Assembly (NCBI GenBank): GCA_004554075.1
Contig: SFOB01000001.1
Span: forward strand, 46,155 to 110,154
Reading direction: 5' to 3'
DNA from: Treponema sp.
GTDB lineage: Bacteria; Spirochaetota; Spirochaetia; Treponematales; Treponemataceae
Length of the DNA: 64,000 bases
Below are positions 36,353 through 47,649 of this stretch, one piece after another; position 1 is the stretch's first letter; every line of letters starts with the position of its first letter. Both the position numbers and the translations under genes were made by a program. A model generated the notes under the pieces. It was not told the DNA's origin and ran no database searches. It was given only the letters and a program-made list of their open reading frames with translations.

Positions 36353-38461
36353 ATGAAGAAGCATTTTTTAGCTGCGTTTGTCATCCTTATTTTCTCTGTT
36401 CTTTTTTTCTCTTCATGCGGTAATAAACCTAAATATTTCAGGTATGATGTTTCTAATTATGTTTCTTATATAGAAGCTTCTTCAGACAAGGGCCCTGGAT
36501 ATGTCTTACCGCGTATAGGCGAATTTAAGCATCTCGACAAAAACAACATGAGAAATCTCGTAAATCTTATTTCAGATGAGAACAACTTACTCTGGCTTAA
36601 GATTCAGTTTATACTTCCAGAAGAATTCAAAGGAAAAGATATTGGTCTTTTTATCGGCTACCTCCGTGGTGCCGACCTGCTTTTTATTAATAATATTTCA
36701 ATCCGTCAGTATGGAGAGTTTCCTCCAATGGAAAACAGTGCGGGCTTCACAGGCCAGTACTTTATGTTTTCTCAATCCCAGCTTAATCAGAATGGTCTCA
36801 ATACAATACTCATAAAAGTCTGGCCAGATGCCTTTGGTAGTATTTCTACAAAAATGTTCCTTGGTGAAAGACCGGATATTTACAGTACCGCCGAAAGGAT
36901 GACCTTCTTTAATTCAAAGATAACCATTTCCTTTGCCGGTATAATGGTAATTATCTGTTTTATGTATCTGTTTTTATATATCGTAATGAAAAACTATGAA
37001 AACAGAAATGTATATCTTTACTTTGCACTGATAAATTTCTTTACAGTATTCTTCCTTATACCATTCTTTATTTCTGAAATTGCCTGGGCTAAGCCTATAT
37101 GGTTTTCTTATTCCCTGCTTATAAGGCTTTTCTTCTACGGCGGTGCCTTTACTACAATCTATTTTGCAAACTCTTTTATTCTGGCTTTTCTGCGTAAAAA
37201 AGAACATAACAGCCTCTTTTACATAAGACTGGGAATCTTTGTTTTACCTTTGATTTATTCCTTTACCCTTAAATCAACGATTCAATTAAGCGGCTTTATG
37301 CCTCTTATTATGATTTTTGGTGCTCTGCAATTCTGCTTCAGTATACCATTCCTTGTAAAATCAATTATCATTAAAGAAACAAGAAAGAATTCCCTCTATC
37401 TTCTTATTGGCTTTGCGCCTGTCACAACTGGTGTTGTACTTGATTTCATTCTTAAAATCTTGAATGTGAATCCTAATCTGCCTTTCTTTACAATCTATGG
37501 CTGGCAGATTACAACCTTTATCTTCCTGGGTTCCCTGCTTCTTCGTTTTGGTGCAATGTATATGCACAATACAGAACTCAATACAAAGCTTGCAGAGTTT
37601 ACAAATCATCTGGAAGATGTAGTTGCCCTCCGTACAAAAGAGCTTTCAGAAGCAAACTATGTTCTTTCTAAAGGTCTTGAAACTGTAGCACATGTACAGA
37701 AAAACTTCCTCCCTCCAAAGAACAAATCCTTCCGCGGCTGGGATCTCGCAATTTCTTATAATGCCCTTGATAACAATGTTTCCGGCGACCTTTATGATTA
37801 TTATTTTGCTGACGGCGTACTTGATGGCATGGGTATTTTTGATGTTTCAGGTCATGGTATTCCGGCTGGTCTTATGACAATTCTTGCCAAAAGCATTATC
37901 AGCCAGCACTTTATTACCGGAATGAATCAGGACGAATCTATTTCTAATGTCCTCAAGGATATCAACAAATCTTATATTAAAGAAAAGGTTGATGTTGAAA
38001 ACTATATAACTGGTCTTCTCTTCCGCTTCAGTGAATTTAATAAAAAAGATATCTGCAGTGTTGAATTTGCAAATGCAGGTCACCCTTACCCTCTTCTCTA
38101 TAAATCAGAGGAAAACGAGGTAATCGAACTGAAACAGGAAGATCAGAAACAATATGGTATTCTTGGTGTTGAAGGACTTGATGTTTCCTTCCCACCAGTC
38201 AGTTTCCGCATTGCTCAGGACGATATTATCATCTGCTATACTGATGGTCTTACAGACTGTGTAAACAGCAAGGGTGAAGATTTTTCAAAAGAAAGAATTG
38301 TAAAGATTATAAAAGAATATCATCACGAAAGTGCCATTATGCTCATGAACCGCATTATGGATAAGTTCAATGACTTTATTGGCCGTGAAAAATATACCGA
38401 CGATATAACCCTTATGGTACTTAAACGTACAAACTCAAAGGATTATATCGAAGAAATCTAA
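36353..38461 (+). CDS. Membrane sensor (7TM-DISM-like) SpoIIE/PP2C phosphatase
   Basis: Lipobox-like FSSC, extracellular domain, about 7 TMs; SGDLYD, DVSGHG, NAGHP, YTDG and DDIT motifs. Confidence 0.85.
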   Translation: MKKHFLAAFVILIFSVLFFSSCGNKPKYFRYDVSNYVSYIEASSDKGPGYVLPRIGEFKHLDKNNMRNLVNLISDENNLLWLKIQFILPEEFKGKDIGLFIGYLRGADLLFINNISIRQYGEFPPMENSAGFTGQYFMFSQSQLNQNGLNTILIKVWPDAFGSISTKMFLGERPDIYSTAERMTFFNSKITISFAGIMVIICFMYLFLYIVMKNYENRNVYLYFALINFFTVFFLIPFFISEIAWAKPIWFSYSLLIRLFFYGGAFTTIYFANSFILAFLRKKEHNSLFYIRLGIFVLPLIYSFTLKSTIQLSGFMPLIMIFGALQFCFSIPFLVKSIIIKETRKNSLYLLIGFAPVTTGVVLDFILKILNVNPNLPFFTIYGWQITTFIFLGSLLLRFGAMYMHNTELNTKLAEFTNHLEDVVALRTKELSEANYVLSKGLETVAHVQKNFLPPKNKSFRGWDLAISYNALDNNVSGDLYDYYFADGVLDGMGIFDVSGHGIPAGLMTILAKSIISQHFITGMNQDESISNVLKDINKSYIKEKVDVENYITGLLFRFSEFNKKDICSVEFANAGHPYPLLYKSEENEVIELKQEDQKQYGILGVEGLDVSFPPVSFRIAQDDIIICYTDGLTDCVNSKGEDFSKERIVKIIKEYHHESAIMLMNRIMDKFNDFIGREKYTDDITLMVLKRTNSKDYIEEI

Positions 38462-38463
38462 CA

Positions 38464-40299
38464 TTACTCGCTTTCGCCTTCTGTTTCAGTTTCTTCTGAA
38501 GCTGCTTCTTCTGTTGCAGCCTCATTATCTTCAGCAGCTGGAGCAGTTTCTACCCTAGAAGCAGGAGCTGGAACCGGAGCCGCTTCACGGTAAACAAGTC
38601 TTACCTTTTCAAACTCTGTCTTATGACGAGACTTCAACAGAAGTGTTTCAGAACTCTTTTTATATACGTATCCCGAAGAATTATAGGTCTCAAAGCGAGG
38701 GTCTGTTCGGAAGGCCATATCATAGATATAAATTGAATTAAACTGAGGAATACCCTTAAGAATAACGTAGTGAGTATCACCTTCAGGGAAATCAATTGTA
38801 AAGTTATATTCTTCGCTTGAACGGTCAAGTTTAATAGATTTTGCACAGGTCCAGGCCCATACTTTTTTGCCTTCAGAATCATAAATCTTTTCAACATGAG
38901 GATAGAAAGGATTATTAAAGGCAACAACAGGATAAAGGTTACTGAGTGTACGCAAATCAAAGGAAGAACTTTCTGCAAGGTAAGAATTTACAATTGCATA
39001 ACCGGCTTTTTCCAGTGTCTCATTTTCTGTGAGCTTACCATAACGCAAAAGTGCAATACCAGTTTCAACTGCCTGATTTACAGAAAGGAAGGTATCATTT
39101 TCAGAAATTGTAAGAATGTTTCCTTCAAACTTGCAGGCTTCTGTAATGCGCTCAATTCCAGGTTCCAGTATAGGTTCAAGGATAGATGCATAAGAAGGAG
39201 AAAGCTCCATAAGATCTGCATATACCTGAAGAATGCCGGAAATCTGTGCAATTGTAAGGCTTTCAGGCTCTGCCGCTGCTGCATTCAAAAGAAGCTTTTT
39301 AACAGTTGTCTGTCCCTGCTGCAGGTAAATAAAGTCTGCAATCTTATGAACAGTAAAGAGGTCAAAAGTGCCCTTTTCTGCACTGTCAGCAATGCGGCGT
39401 TCATAATCTCTCATTACCTTTTCAAGGTTTGTATTCATATCTTCAAGAGTATTAAAATATGGTGCAGAAAGATATGTTCTCTGTCGGCTCTTCTTTATGC
39501 TGTCTGGAACCATATCTACAGCCCGTATAAAGTTACCTGTTTCTGCCTGTGCGGCAACATAAGAAACAGCAACCTGCTCTGTAATATTTGATTCAACATT
39601 GTTTGCTTCAAACAGGCTGATAAGATTGCGTTTAAGCTGACCGACAGTCTTATTAAACTCTGCAGCACTTGCAATAGGTTCGTTTACAATATCATCAAAT
39701 GTAAATTTCTGGTTAGCATCATATACAGAATAAGTTGCAAAGTAATTGCGTGGAGTAAAATCAAAGTAACCGGCACGTACTGCATGACCGGCAAGTTCCC
39801 AGGCATTACGCTTTCCTGCAAATACAACACTGTCTTTTTCAACCTTCTGCACAGACATATTTGAAGAATAGCTGTAAGGAATAGAAAAATCACTTACTCC
39901 ATCAGGTAAATCAGACAAAATAGCGAGAGAAGAAGATGCATCTTCCGAAGCAAGTTCAAACGTAACCTTTACATCTTCTGAGAATTTTAATGTAATAGAA
40001 AGAGGTTCATCCTGTACGACATCTTCAAGTGTTACAGAAGCCTCCTGACCATCTTTCTTGATTGATGCAGGATTCTGGTCATCAAAATAAAAATTTACAC
40101 CATTATAGGAGATTCTTGCCTTGTTTTTATAAGCAAAACTGCCCTCTTTCTCATCCAGAGCTTCGAGGGTTATCTGAAGGTTTCCGATTTTTTTTATAAT
40201 TGTGGAATCTGTTCTAAATTGCAGGACAAAAATGCCGATGATAATAACGATATCGACAATAAGCAGTCCTAATGCTTTTTTTAATATCCGAAAATTCAT
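38464..40299 (-). CDS. Hypothetical protein with an N-terminal anchor
   Basis: 611-aa ORF with one N-terminal TM; FRTDPRFETYNSSGY motif. Confidence 0.75.
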   Translation of the reverse strand: MNFRILKKALGLLIVDIVIIIGIFVLQFRTDSTIIKKIGNLQITLEALDEKEGSFAYKNKARISYNGVNFYFDDQNPASIKKDGQEASVTLEDVVQDEPLSITLKFSEDVKVTFELASEDASSSLAILSDLPDGVSDFSIPYSYSSNMSVQKVEKDSVVFAGKRNAWELAGHAVRAGYFDFTPRNYFATYSVYDANQKFTFDDIVNEPIASAAEFNKTVGQLKRNLISLFEANNVESNITEQVAVSYVAAQAETGNFIRAVDMVPDSIKKSRQRTYLSAPYFNTLEDMNTNLEKVMRDYERRIADSAEKGTFDLFTVHKIADFIYLQQGQTTVKKLLLNAAAAEPESLTIAQISGILQVYADLMELSPSYASILEPILEPGIERITEACKFEGNILTISENDTFLSVNQAVETGIALLRYGKLTENETLEKAGYAIVNSYLAESSSFDLRTLSNLYPVVAFNNPFYPHVEKIYDSEGKKVWAWTCAKSIKLDRSSEEYNFTIDFPEGDTHYVILKGIPQFNSIYIYDMAFRTDPRFETYNSSGYVYKKSSETLLLKSRHKTEFEKVRLVYREAAPVPAPASRVETAPAAEDNEAATEEAASEETETEGESE

Positions 40300-40360
40300 T
40301 GTAATTATAGTTTAGCCAATGATTCGGTTAATTTCAACTATATAAAGGAAAGTAAAAAGA

Positions 40361-41797
40361 ATGATTAAGAAAAATAAGTCAAAGATTTTGCTGATTCTTG
40401 CTGCAGGAAGCTTTTTTGCCTCTGCTGTATTCTTTACAGGTTGTGCAACTGCCCCAAAAGCAGATAGTCCAGAGGTTACAAAAACTGAACCTAAAAAAGA
40501 AAGCACAAAGCCAGAACCAAAGGATCCGCCTAACGTAAAATTTGTAAAGCAGCTTAAAATTCTGCTGGAAAAGGGAGATACAAAGGGCGCCATTGCTCAT
40601 TTTGCTGATATTCCAAGCACTCTTAAAAATGATCTTGAACTCAAAAATCTTCTTGGAGCCCTTTATTATTCAGATGCTCAGTATGATAATGCCATTTCTA
40701 CAGCAAATGAAGTACTTGAAATTCAGCCGGAAAATATGGAAGCCCTTGAACTTATTTCAATGTGTGCAAAGGCAAAAGGTGACAAGGCTGGATACAAAGC
40801 CGCTGCAGACCGCATTCTTTCAGCAGATCCATACAATGCTGCTGTAAATATCCAGAAGGCAGAAGAATATGCCGTAAACAAAAAATACAAGATGGCCCGC
40901 GATTCATACAAGAAGGCCCTTCGCGGAGATCCTGAAAATACAGATGCACTTTTCGGCTATGCCCAGATGTCTTACTATACTGATGACATAAAAACTGCTT
41001 CAGAAACTTTCCTCAGAATTCTTGATAAAGATCCTGAAAATGCAGCTGCCCTCGCCTACATGGGAAAGCTTGCTTACGAAGAAGAAAACTACCTTCGTGC
41101 TACAAAATTCATTCAGCAGGCTATTAAGCAGGATCCTTCAAACTATGATTACTGGCTGGATTACGGAACCTACCTTCGCTATCAGGGAAAATTTAATGAT
41201 GCGGCCCAAGCTTGGATTAAGGCTGCTCAGCTGGATCCAAGCTACTTCCTTGCCTATGCATATCTCGCAGGAAATTATGATGATTTAGGCCAGTGGGATG
41301 AAGCCCTTGAAAATTACCACAAAGTAATTGAAACAAATCCTAAATATTTTTATGCATACGAATCAACTGCAATTCTTGAATATCGTGCCAAGAATTATGA
41401 AAATGCAATCAAATACTTCACAAAAACCTATGAGTTTAGTTCAAGCTATGCTTATACTCTTATGATTGCAGCCTGCTGGTTCAAACTCAATAAGCCACAG
41501 GAAGCAAAAAAGGTTTTGGCAGCCCAGCTCAAAAAACTCGACTCTAAATCAACTGAATACGAACTCGTTCGTTTCTTCCATGATAATTACAACAGAAATG
41601 CAGAATCAAACCTGATTCAGAAAATCACTAAAGAAAGCAATAGCAACAACCGCGGTAAAATGCTATTCTACATGGGACTCTATTATGAGTTGAACAAGGC
41701 AGAAGAACTTGCAAACGAATACTATGCAAAAGTTACAGATTTGAAAGCTCCTATGTTCTTTGAATACAGAATTGCCGAATGGGGATTGCAGAAATGA
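40361..41797 (+). CDS. TPR-repeat lipoprotein
   Basis: Signal peptide ending FTGC; multiple TPR-like repeats. Confidence 0.85.
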   Translation: MIKKNKSKILLILAAGSFFASAVFFTGCATAPKADSPEVTKTEPKKESTKPEPKDPPNVKFVKQLKILLEKGDTKGAIAHFADIPSTLKNDLELKNLLGALYYSDAQYDNAISTANEVLEIQPENMEALELISMCAKAKGDKAGYKAAADRILSADPYNAAVNIQKAEEYAVNKKYKMARDSYKKALRGDPENTDALFGYAQMSYYTDDIKTASETFLRILDKDPENAAALAYMGKLAYEEENYLRATKFIQQAIKQDPSNYDYWLDYGTYLRYQGKFNDAAQAWIKAAQLDPSYFLAYAYLAGNYDDLGQWDEALENYHKVIETNPKYFYAYESTAILEYRAKNYENAIKYFTKTYEFSSSYAYTLMIAACWFKLNKPQEAKKVLAAQLKKLDSKSTEYELVRFFHDNYNRNAESNLIQKITKESNSNNRGKMLFYMGLYYELNKAEELANEYYAKVTDLKAPMFFEYRIAEWGLQK

Positions 41798-42972
41798 GCC
41801 AGACTCAAATTAAGCTGGAGTTTAATGGCCGCAAGATAACTCTTGTGGGCACAGCACATGTTTCTAAAGAAAGTGTAGAAGAAGTAAAAGAAACTATTAA
41901 CAATATTAATCCGGATTGTGTTGCCGTAGAGCTTGATGAAAAGCGTGCAGAATCAATTAAAAATCCTTCACGCTACAGCCAGCTGGACCTGGTAAAGGTT
42001 TTAAAGCGCAAGGAAGGCTTTTTGCTGCTTGCAAACCTTATGCTCGCTTCTTACCAGCGCAGAATGGGACTTAATGCAGGCGTAAAGCCCGGCGACGAAA
42101 TGATTGCCGCTATGAACGCTGCAGACGAGCACAAAATCCGCTGTTCTCTTGTAGACCGCCCTATTCAGATTACTCTTAAACGTGCCTGGGGCAAAAACTC
42201 TTTCTGGGGTAAATGCAAGCTTCTTGCAACTCTTATTTCAAGCGCTTTCAGCAAAGAGGAAATTGATCCACAGGAAATAGAAAAGCTTAAAGAGCGCAAT
42301 GAAATGGATTCCATGATGAACGAGCTTTCAGAATATATGCCTGTCATCAAGCAGGTTTTGATTGATGAGCGAGACCAGTATCTTGCTTCAAAAATCTGGG
42401 AGTCTGAAGGTGATAACATTGTAGCAGTTCTTGGAGCAGGTCACCTTCCTGGAGTTCAGGCATATCTTGAAAAACTTGGCAGCGGCACAGCCTCTTCAAA
42501 TGTTTCAGAAATCAGTCAACTTCCAAAACCTGGCATTGCCGGTAAACTTTTAGCCTTTGTAATTCCAGCCTGTATCATTGGTCTGATTGCAGCAGGCTTT
42601 GTTTACGGCGGACTTCATGCAGGAACCCAGATTCTTTCTACCTGGTTCCTTTGGAATGCAATTCCGGCAGCAGTTCTTACAGCCCTGGCCTTTGGACACC
42701 CTCTTGCTATTCTTGTTGGCTTCATTGGAGCACCTTTTACTTCCCTTTGTCCTTTTGTTGGAATAGGCTTTTGTACAGCAATTGTTCAGGCCCTTGTTTG
42801 TAAGCCAAAGGTTAGTGATATGGAAAGCCTTCAGGACGATGTAAATCTTCGTGGCTTTTATAAAAATAGAATTTTAAGAACTCTTCTTGTATTCATATTA
42901 TCTTCTCTTGGAAGCACACTCGGTACCTTTATTGGTGGTGCAGACATTATAGGCATACTTCAGGGTCTATAA
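41794..42972 (+). CDS. TraB/PrgY/GumN-family protein
   Basis: LVGTAHVS, VAVELD, PGDEM, DRPIQITLKR, DERD and GAGH motifs; ATGA overlap with the upstream gene. Confidence 0.9.
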   Translation: MSQTQIKLEFNGRKITLVGTAHVSKESVEEVKETINNINPDCVAVELDEKRAESIKNPSRYSQLDLVKVLKRKEGFLLLANLMLASYQRRMGLNAGVKPGDEMIAAMNAADEHKIRCSLVDRPIQITLKRAWGKNSFWGKCKLLATLISSAFSKEEIDPQEIEKLKERNEMDSMMNELSEYMPVIKQVLIDERDQYLASKIWESEGDNIVAVLGAGHLPGVQAYLEKLGSGTASSNVSEISQLPKPGIAGKLLAFVIPACIIGLIAAGFVYGGLHAGTQILSTWFLWNAIPAAVLTALAFGHPLAILVGFIGAPFTSLCPFVGIGFCTAIVQALVCKPKVSDMESLQDDVNLRGFYKNRILRTLLVFILSSLGSTLGTFIGGADIIGILQGL

Positions 42973-43050
42973 GAGTATTCTTATTTTCAGAATTTACTGT
43001 TTCTTTTTTTTTGATTTTCCGTTTTTATATCAGATAGACAGGAGAAACAA

Positions 43051-44499
43051 ATGAAGAAACAGAAATTTCTGATTATTACAGTACTCTCACTTTTTTGTTA
43101 CGGACTTTATTCAGAAACTCCAGAAAACAAGTCAGAACTTAATCTGCCAGATACAACTCAGCTGCTGCTTTCATATATCGAAAACGATACCGAACTTAAA
43201 AACCTTACAATAGCAGCAAAAAAGGCAGCTCTTTCTTATGATGCCACAAAAATTGATAATGGTTTTGATATAAGCCTTGCCAGCGGAAATGTAACCATAA
43301 AACTTTCTGAAGATGGAACAAGCATTTATGCTTCTCCCTCTGCAAAAGTAAAACTGCCTCAGGCATCTAATCTTTCTGCCCAGGTTACTACAAGCGTTAA
43401 TTATTCTGAAAACTCCACAAGCATTTCTGACACTTCCCTTGCTCTTGGAGTTGATATTCTTTCTACCTCTACCCTTTCCAATAAAATCTCTCTTATGAAA
43501 GCAGAGCGTTCAGTAGTTGAAGCAGAACGAAAACTTGGAAAAAGAGTTCTTAATGCAGAAAAGGAGTTTTATACTGAGCTCAAAAAACTTCTTACTTCAA
43601 TCAATTCAATTATGACAGCAAAGGAAAATCTTTACAGCGACGAAATTGATTTTGAAGCAGTAAAGATTCAGGGCTATTCAAAAGCTTCCTCAACCTACCG
43701 CAAGGCAGAGCTTAAGGTTATTACAGATCAACATGATATTGAAGCAAGCCTTCATACCCTTATTCACGACTGTGTAGTATTCTATAAAAAATGCGGCTTT
43801 GATATCCAGATTGATGATAATACAGATTTAATGAGTCTTGTTCCTTCAGATATTGAAGCAGGTACTCCTCTTAATATTCTGGACTTTGAAAAGGAAAATT
43901 ATACTTCTATTGAAAGTGCTAACTGGACTTATAAAATCAACAGCATGGAAAGAAGTACAAATAAGAACTATTCTCTTTCTGCTTCTGCCGGTTACACCTT
44001 TGATAATTCATCAACAAATTCAGATTCAATTGATGCAGGACTTTCCGGTTCTATTGGAGGCCTTTCTCTTGGAGCCGGGGTCAGCATTCCTGTTGGTGCT
44101 GCATCAAACTATCCTGCTATAACCTTAAGCATGAGTCTTAATCCAAATACTTTCCGTAAAAACAGCATTACAAAACAGCAGAATTCCCTTACAGAAGAAC
44201 AGGAACTCCTGGCAATAACTGCTGCTGAAACTGAATACGAAACTCTGGTTGTTGAAACCCAGCAGAAACTGGATTCCCTTCTCTGGGAAGAAAAGTCCCT
44301 TGAAGAAAATGTTTCGCTGTATGCAGAACTTGAAAAAGATATGTCTGTCCTGTACAAGCAGGGCTTTACCAGTGAAAGTGAATATCTTTCCGCCCAGACA
44401 AATCTTAATTCATACATAATCAAAAAGGTTATAAATCAGATTGAACTGATAATGTATAACGATGACGTTGTAATGAACTTTATCCCAAAGGAGAACTAA
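43051..44499 (+). CDS. TolC-like outer membrane efflux protein
   Basis: Signal peptide, helical/beta alternation, LYKQGFTSESEYLSA; first gene of the exporter operon. Confidence 0.7.
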   Translation: MKKQKFLIITVLSLFCYGLYSETPENKSELNLPDTTQLLLSYIENDTELKNLTIAAKKAALSYDATKIDNGFDISLASGNVTIKLSEDGTSIYASPSAKVKLPQASNLSAQVTTSVNYSENSTSISDTSLALGVDILSTSTLSNKISLMKAERSVVEAERKLGKRVLNAEKEFYTELKKLLTSINSIMTAKENLYSDEIDFEAVKIQGYSKASSTYRKAELKVITDQHDIEASLHTLIHDCVVFYKKCGFDIQIDDNTDLMSLVPSDIEAGTPLNILDFEKENYTSIESANWTYKINSMERSTNKNYSLSASAGYTFDNSSTNSDSIDAGLSGSIGGLSLGAGVSIPVGAASNYPAITLSMSLNPNTFRKNSITKQQNSLTEEQELLAITAAETEYETLVVETQQKLDSLLWEEKSLEENVSLYAELEKDMSVLYKQGFTSESEYLSAQTNLNSYIIKKVINQIELIMYNDDVVMNFIPKEN

Positions 44500-44500
44500 T

Positions 44501-45571
44501 ATGAAAAAGAAGATAAAAATAATAATTATCTGCGCAGCAGTTTTATTTGTAATCGGTGCTGGTCTTGTAGTGCTAAAAACTCTTTTGAGCTCAAAAGGCA
44601 GCGAAAAGGTTTTATATACTGCAAATCTTGAAACCTACGAAAACATTATTGAAATCTCAGGAACGGTTGCAGCAGCCCAGGAACAGACTCTGCAGGCCCG
44701 CAGTGCAGGAACCGTTACTGCTGTTTATGTAAAGGCCGGCGACAAGGTAAAGAAAGGCGACATAATCATTCAGCTGGATGATTCAGAGCAGCTCTATAAT
44801 CTTGAAAAGCAGGAATACAATATGGCTACAAAAAAACTTACTGCCTCTGCCCGTGAGCTTAGACTTCTGGAAACTGAACGCAATTCTCTTTTGCAGAAGG
44901 TAGAGGACCGCAAGGTAACTGCAACCTTTGACGGTATTATTGCAGATCTTGATGTAGCTGTTGGAGATTCTCTTGAAGCAAAGGATACAGTAGGAACTCT
45001 TGTAAACATTGATTATCTTACTGCCGAGGTTGAAGTTACAGAAACTGATGTTTCAAAACTTAAGGTTGGCCAGACTGTAAACTTTACCTTCCCGGCTTAC
45101 AGCAACAAAACTGTAACTGGTTATGTTACCGGCTGGCCTGCAATCGGTGAAGTAACTTCGCGTGGTGCAACTGTTGTAAAAGCAAAACTCCGCATTGACG
45201 AATATCCGGAAGAAATTCTTCCTAACTTTTCATTCACAGGAAAAATAGAAATCAGTCCTACAGAACAGTATATTGTAGTTTCCCGTTATGCCATTGGCTA
45301 TGAAAATAAAGAGCCTTATGTAGTGCTCGCAAAAGGAAATGAAAAACGTTCTGTAAAGGTTCAGCCTTATGGCAGCGAATATGTAAAGGTTCTCGAAGGT
45401 CTTGAAGGCGGTGAAGTTCTTTTACAGCAGACAACTCCAAAACGCTCTGGCATGAACCGCAACAGAGGCGGAATGCCTGGTGGTTCTGGAAGCAGTAAAA
45501 ACAGCAGCGGCAGTGGTGCACCAGCCGGCGGCTTCCCAGGTGGTGGTGGCTTCCCTGGCGGCCCGATGTAA
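44501..45571 (+). CDS. MacA/HlyD-family membrane fusion protein
   Basis: SAGTVTAVYVKAGDKVKKGD, TFDGII and LEGLEGGE motifs. Confidence 0.9.
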   Translation: MKKKIKIIIICAAVLFVIGAGLVVLKTLLSSKGSEKVLYTANLETYENIIEISGTVAAAQEQTLQARSAGTVTAVYVKAGDKVKKGDIIIQLDDSEQLYNLEKQEYNMATKKLTASARELRLLETERNSLLQKVEDRKVTATFDGIIADLDVAVGDSLEAKDTVGTLVNIDYLTAEVEVTETDVSKLKVGQTVNFTFPAYSNKTVTGYVTGWPAIGEVTSRGATVVKAKLRIDEYPEEILPNFSFTGKIEISPTEQYIVVSRYAIGYENKEPYVVLAKGNEKRSVKVQPYGSEYVKVLEGLEGGEVLLQQTTPKRSGMNRNRGGMPGGSGSSKNSSGSGAPAGGFPGGGGFPGGPM

Positions 45572-45595
45572 TCTGTAAGCTTTAAGGAGTATCTT

Positions 45596-46273
45596 ATGGA
45601 AACTGTAGTAAGCTTACAAAAGGTAGTAAAAACCTACGTTATGGGCGAGAACGAAGTTCATGCTTTACGAGGAATCAGTTTTGATATCGACCAGGGAGAA
45701 TTTGTTTCTATAATGGGACCTTCCGGTTCTGGTAAATCTACCTGCATGAACATGATCGGCTGTCTGGACCGCCCTACTTCTGGCATTGTAAAGATTAATG
45801 GACGTGAAACTGCCTTAATGAGTGAAAAGGAACTGGCTGTGTTACGAAATCAGACTGTTGGTTTTGTATTCCAGCAGTATCATCTGATTCCGGCAATGAA
45901 CATTCTGGAAAATGTAATGCTTCCTTTGAAATACCAGAAGATAGAACGAACTGTCCGAATGGAAAAGGCCACAGCAGCTCTTGAGGCAGTAGGTCTTGGG
46001 GAAAGAATCCATCACAGACCGCATGAACTTTCGGGTGGACAAAAACAGCGTGTTGCAATTGCCCGCGCCATGGTAACCCAGCCAAAGATTCTTCTGGCGG
46101 ATGAGCCTACCGGAGCTCTGGATACAGAAACTGGTAAACAGGTTATGGAAATGTTCCGTGCGATTAATAAGGAACGAGGTACCACAATAATCATTGTAAC
46201 CCATGACCCGCGAATCGGAGACTCAACAGAACGCTGCATCAGGATACTTGATGGACAGATTGTGGAGGGATAA
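45596..46273 (+). CDS. MacB/LolD-type ABC ATPase
   Basis: GPSGSGKS, LSGGQKQRVAIARA, LADEPTGALD and VTHD motifs. Confidence 0.95.
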   Translation: METVVSLQKVVKTYVMGENEVHALRGISFDIDQGEFVSIMGPSGSGKSTCMNMIGCLDRPTSGIVKINGRETALMSEKELAVLRNQTVGFVFQQYHLIPAMNILENVMLPLKYQKIERTVRMEKATAALEAVGLGERIHHRPHELSGGQKQRVAIARAMVTQPKILLADEPTGALDTETGKQVMEMFRAINKERGTTIIIVTHDPRIGDSTERCIRILDGQIVEG

Positions 46274-46275
46274 TT

Positions 46276-47463
46276 ATGTTAGAAGATTTTATCAATGCAT
46301 TCAAAAACTTTAAGAGCAATAAAACCCGTACCTTCCTCTCCCTGCTTGGTGTAATCATTGGTGTTGCTTCAGTTATTGTAATTACCTCCATGGGAAGCAG
46401 TTCTACCAAGCAGATTGAAAATACCTTTGGCAGCGCTGGTCTTGATGTTGTAAATGTCAGCGCCGGCTTTATGAGCCGCCGCGGTTCATCTTCGTCTGTA
46501 GTTTTTGATGAAGCAGCCCGCACAGAATTATTTGAAAACATTGCAGACATCAAAAAGATCTGGTACAAAAACACTCTCAATGTGACTATGACTTATGGCG
46601 AAACTTCTTCGTCTGTAAACTGTTCTGCCATAGAAACAGGCTACCTTGAAATGTATAATCTTGAACTTGAAAAAGGCAGTTTCTTTACAGTTACCGACAA
46701 TGAAGAAGGAACTCAGAAAATCATTTTGAGCCATGATACTGCAGAAAATTATTTCCCGGATGGAGATGCAATTGGTAAGCTTGTCGTTCTTGTTGCCAGC
46801 AAAACCACCTTCACCTTTGAAGTAATCGGCGTATTGAAAGAACAGACAACCGGTATGGAAAACGGCTCTGCCTTTATTCCACGCGGCTTTTACGCAAAGA
46901 AAATCACTCCGAATCCGGCTGCCGCAAACGTAATGGTTCAGGCAACTTCTGCAGACAAGGCTATAAATCTTGCGACAGTAATCAAAAACTATTACACAGA
47001 AAAAACAGGCTCAGAATATTATGTAAACGTAATGAGCATGCAGTCTATGCTGGAGCAGATGAGCGAAATTACAAGCACCATGAGTATCATGCTCTCTGCC
47101 ATTGCAGCTATTTCTCTGCTTGTCGGCGGTATTGGAATTATGAACATCATGATTGTTACGGTAACTGAACGAAAGCAGGAAATCGGAATCCGCAAAGCCC
47201 TTGGTGCAAGCCCTGCAGATATCCGCCAGCAGTTCTTGATTGAATCTGCAAGCATCACCCTGCTGGGCGGAATTCTTGGAATAATTGCGGGAATTATAGT
47301 AAGCCTTGCGGTGGAATACGTTCAGTCTAACGCACTGATTATAAGCTGGAACGCCTGTGTTATTTCTTTTGTCTTCTCGGTTTTTGTGGGAATCTTCTTT
47401 GGACTGAACCCGGCAAGTCGTGCGGCCAAACTTGATCCTGTTATAGCACTTTCCGGCGAATAA
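46276..47463 (+). CDS. MacB/FtsX-type ABC permease
   Basis: RTFLSLLGVIIG and ISLLVGGIGIMNIMIVTVTERKQEIGIRKALGA motifs. Confidence 0.95.
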   Translation: MLEDFINAFKNFKSNKTRTFLSLLGVIIGVASVIVITSMGSSSTKQIENTFGSAGLDVVNVSAGFMSRRGSSSSVVFDEAARTELFENIADIKKIWYKNTLNVTMTYGETSSSVNCSAIETGYLEMYNLELEKGSFFTVTDNEEGTQKIILSHDTAENYFPDGDAIGKLVVLVASKTTFTFEVIGVLKEQTTGMENGSAFIPRGFYAKKITPNPAAANVMVQATSADKAINLATVIKNYYTEKTGSEYYVNVMSMQSMLEQMSEITSTMSIMLSAIAAISLLVGGIGIMNIMIVTVTERKQEIGIRKALGASPADIRQQFLIESASITLLGGILGIIAGIIVSLAVEYVQSNALIISWNACVISFVFSVFVGIFFGLNPASRAAKLDPVIALSGE

Positions 47464-47464
47464 A

Positions 47465-47620
47465 CTGTGAAAACACAAAAAAAGCGGGTCCCAGCGACGG
47501 CAAAAAAATAAGTTATCCCCCCACCTTTCGCTTACCCACGCTTGCTTCGCTCGCGTGGCCGCTGGCGGGGTCCCCCCTTATTCTTTTTGCCTGCGTCCCA
47601 CTTTTTTTGTGTTTTCACAG
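47465..47620. mobile_element. 156-bp MITE-like foldback element
   Basis: 20-bp perfect terminal inverted repeat CTGTGAAAACACAAAAAAAG; inner stems; minus-strand apex CCACGC-GA-GC-GAA-GC-AA-GCGTGG. Confidence 0.65.
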
Positions 47621-47649
47621 CATCTTCGTCTTGTCAAAGATAAATTTAT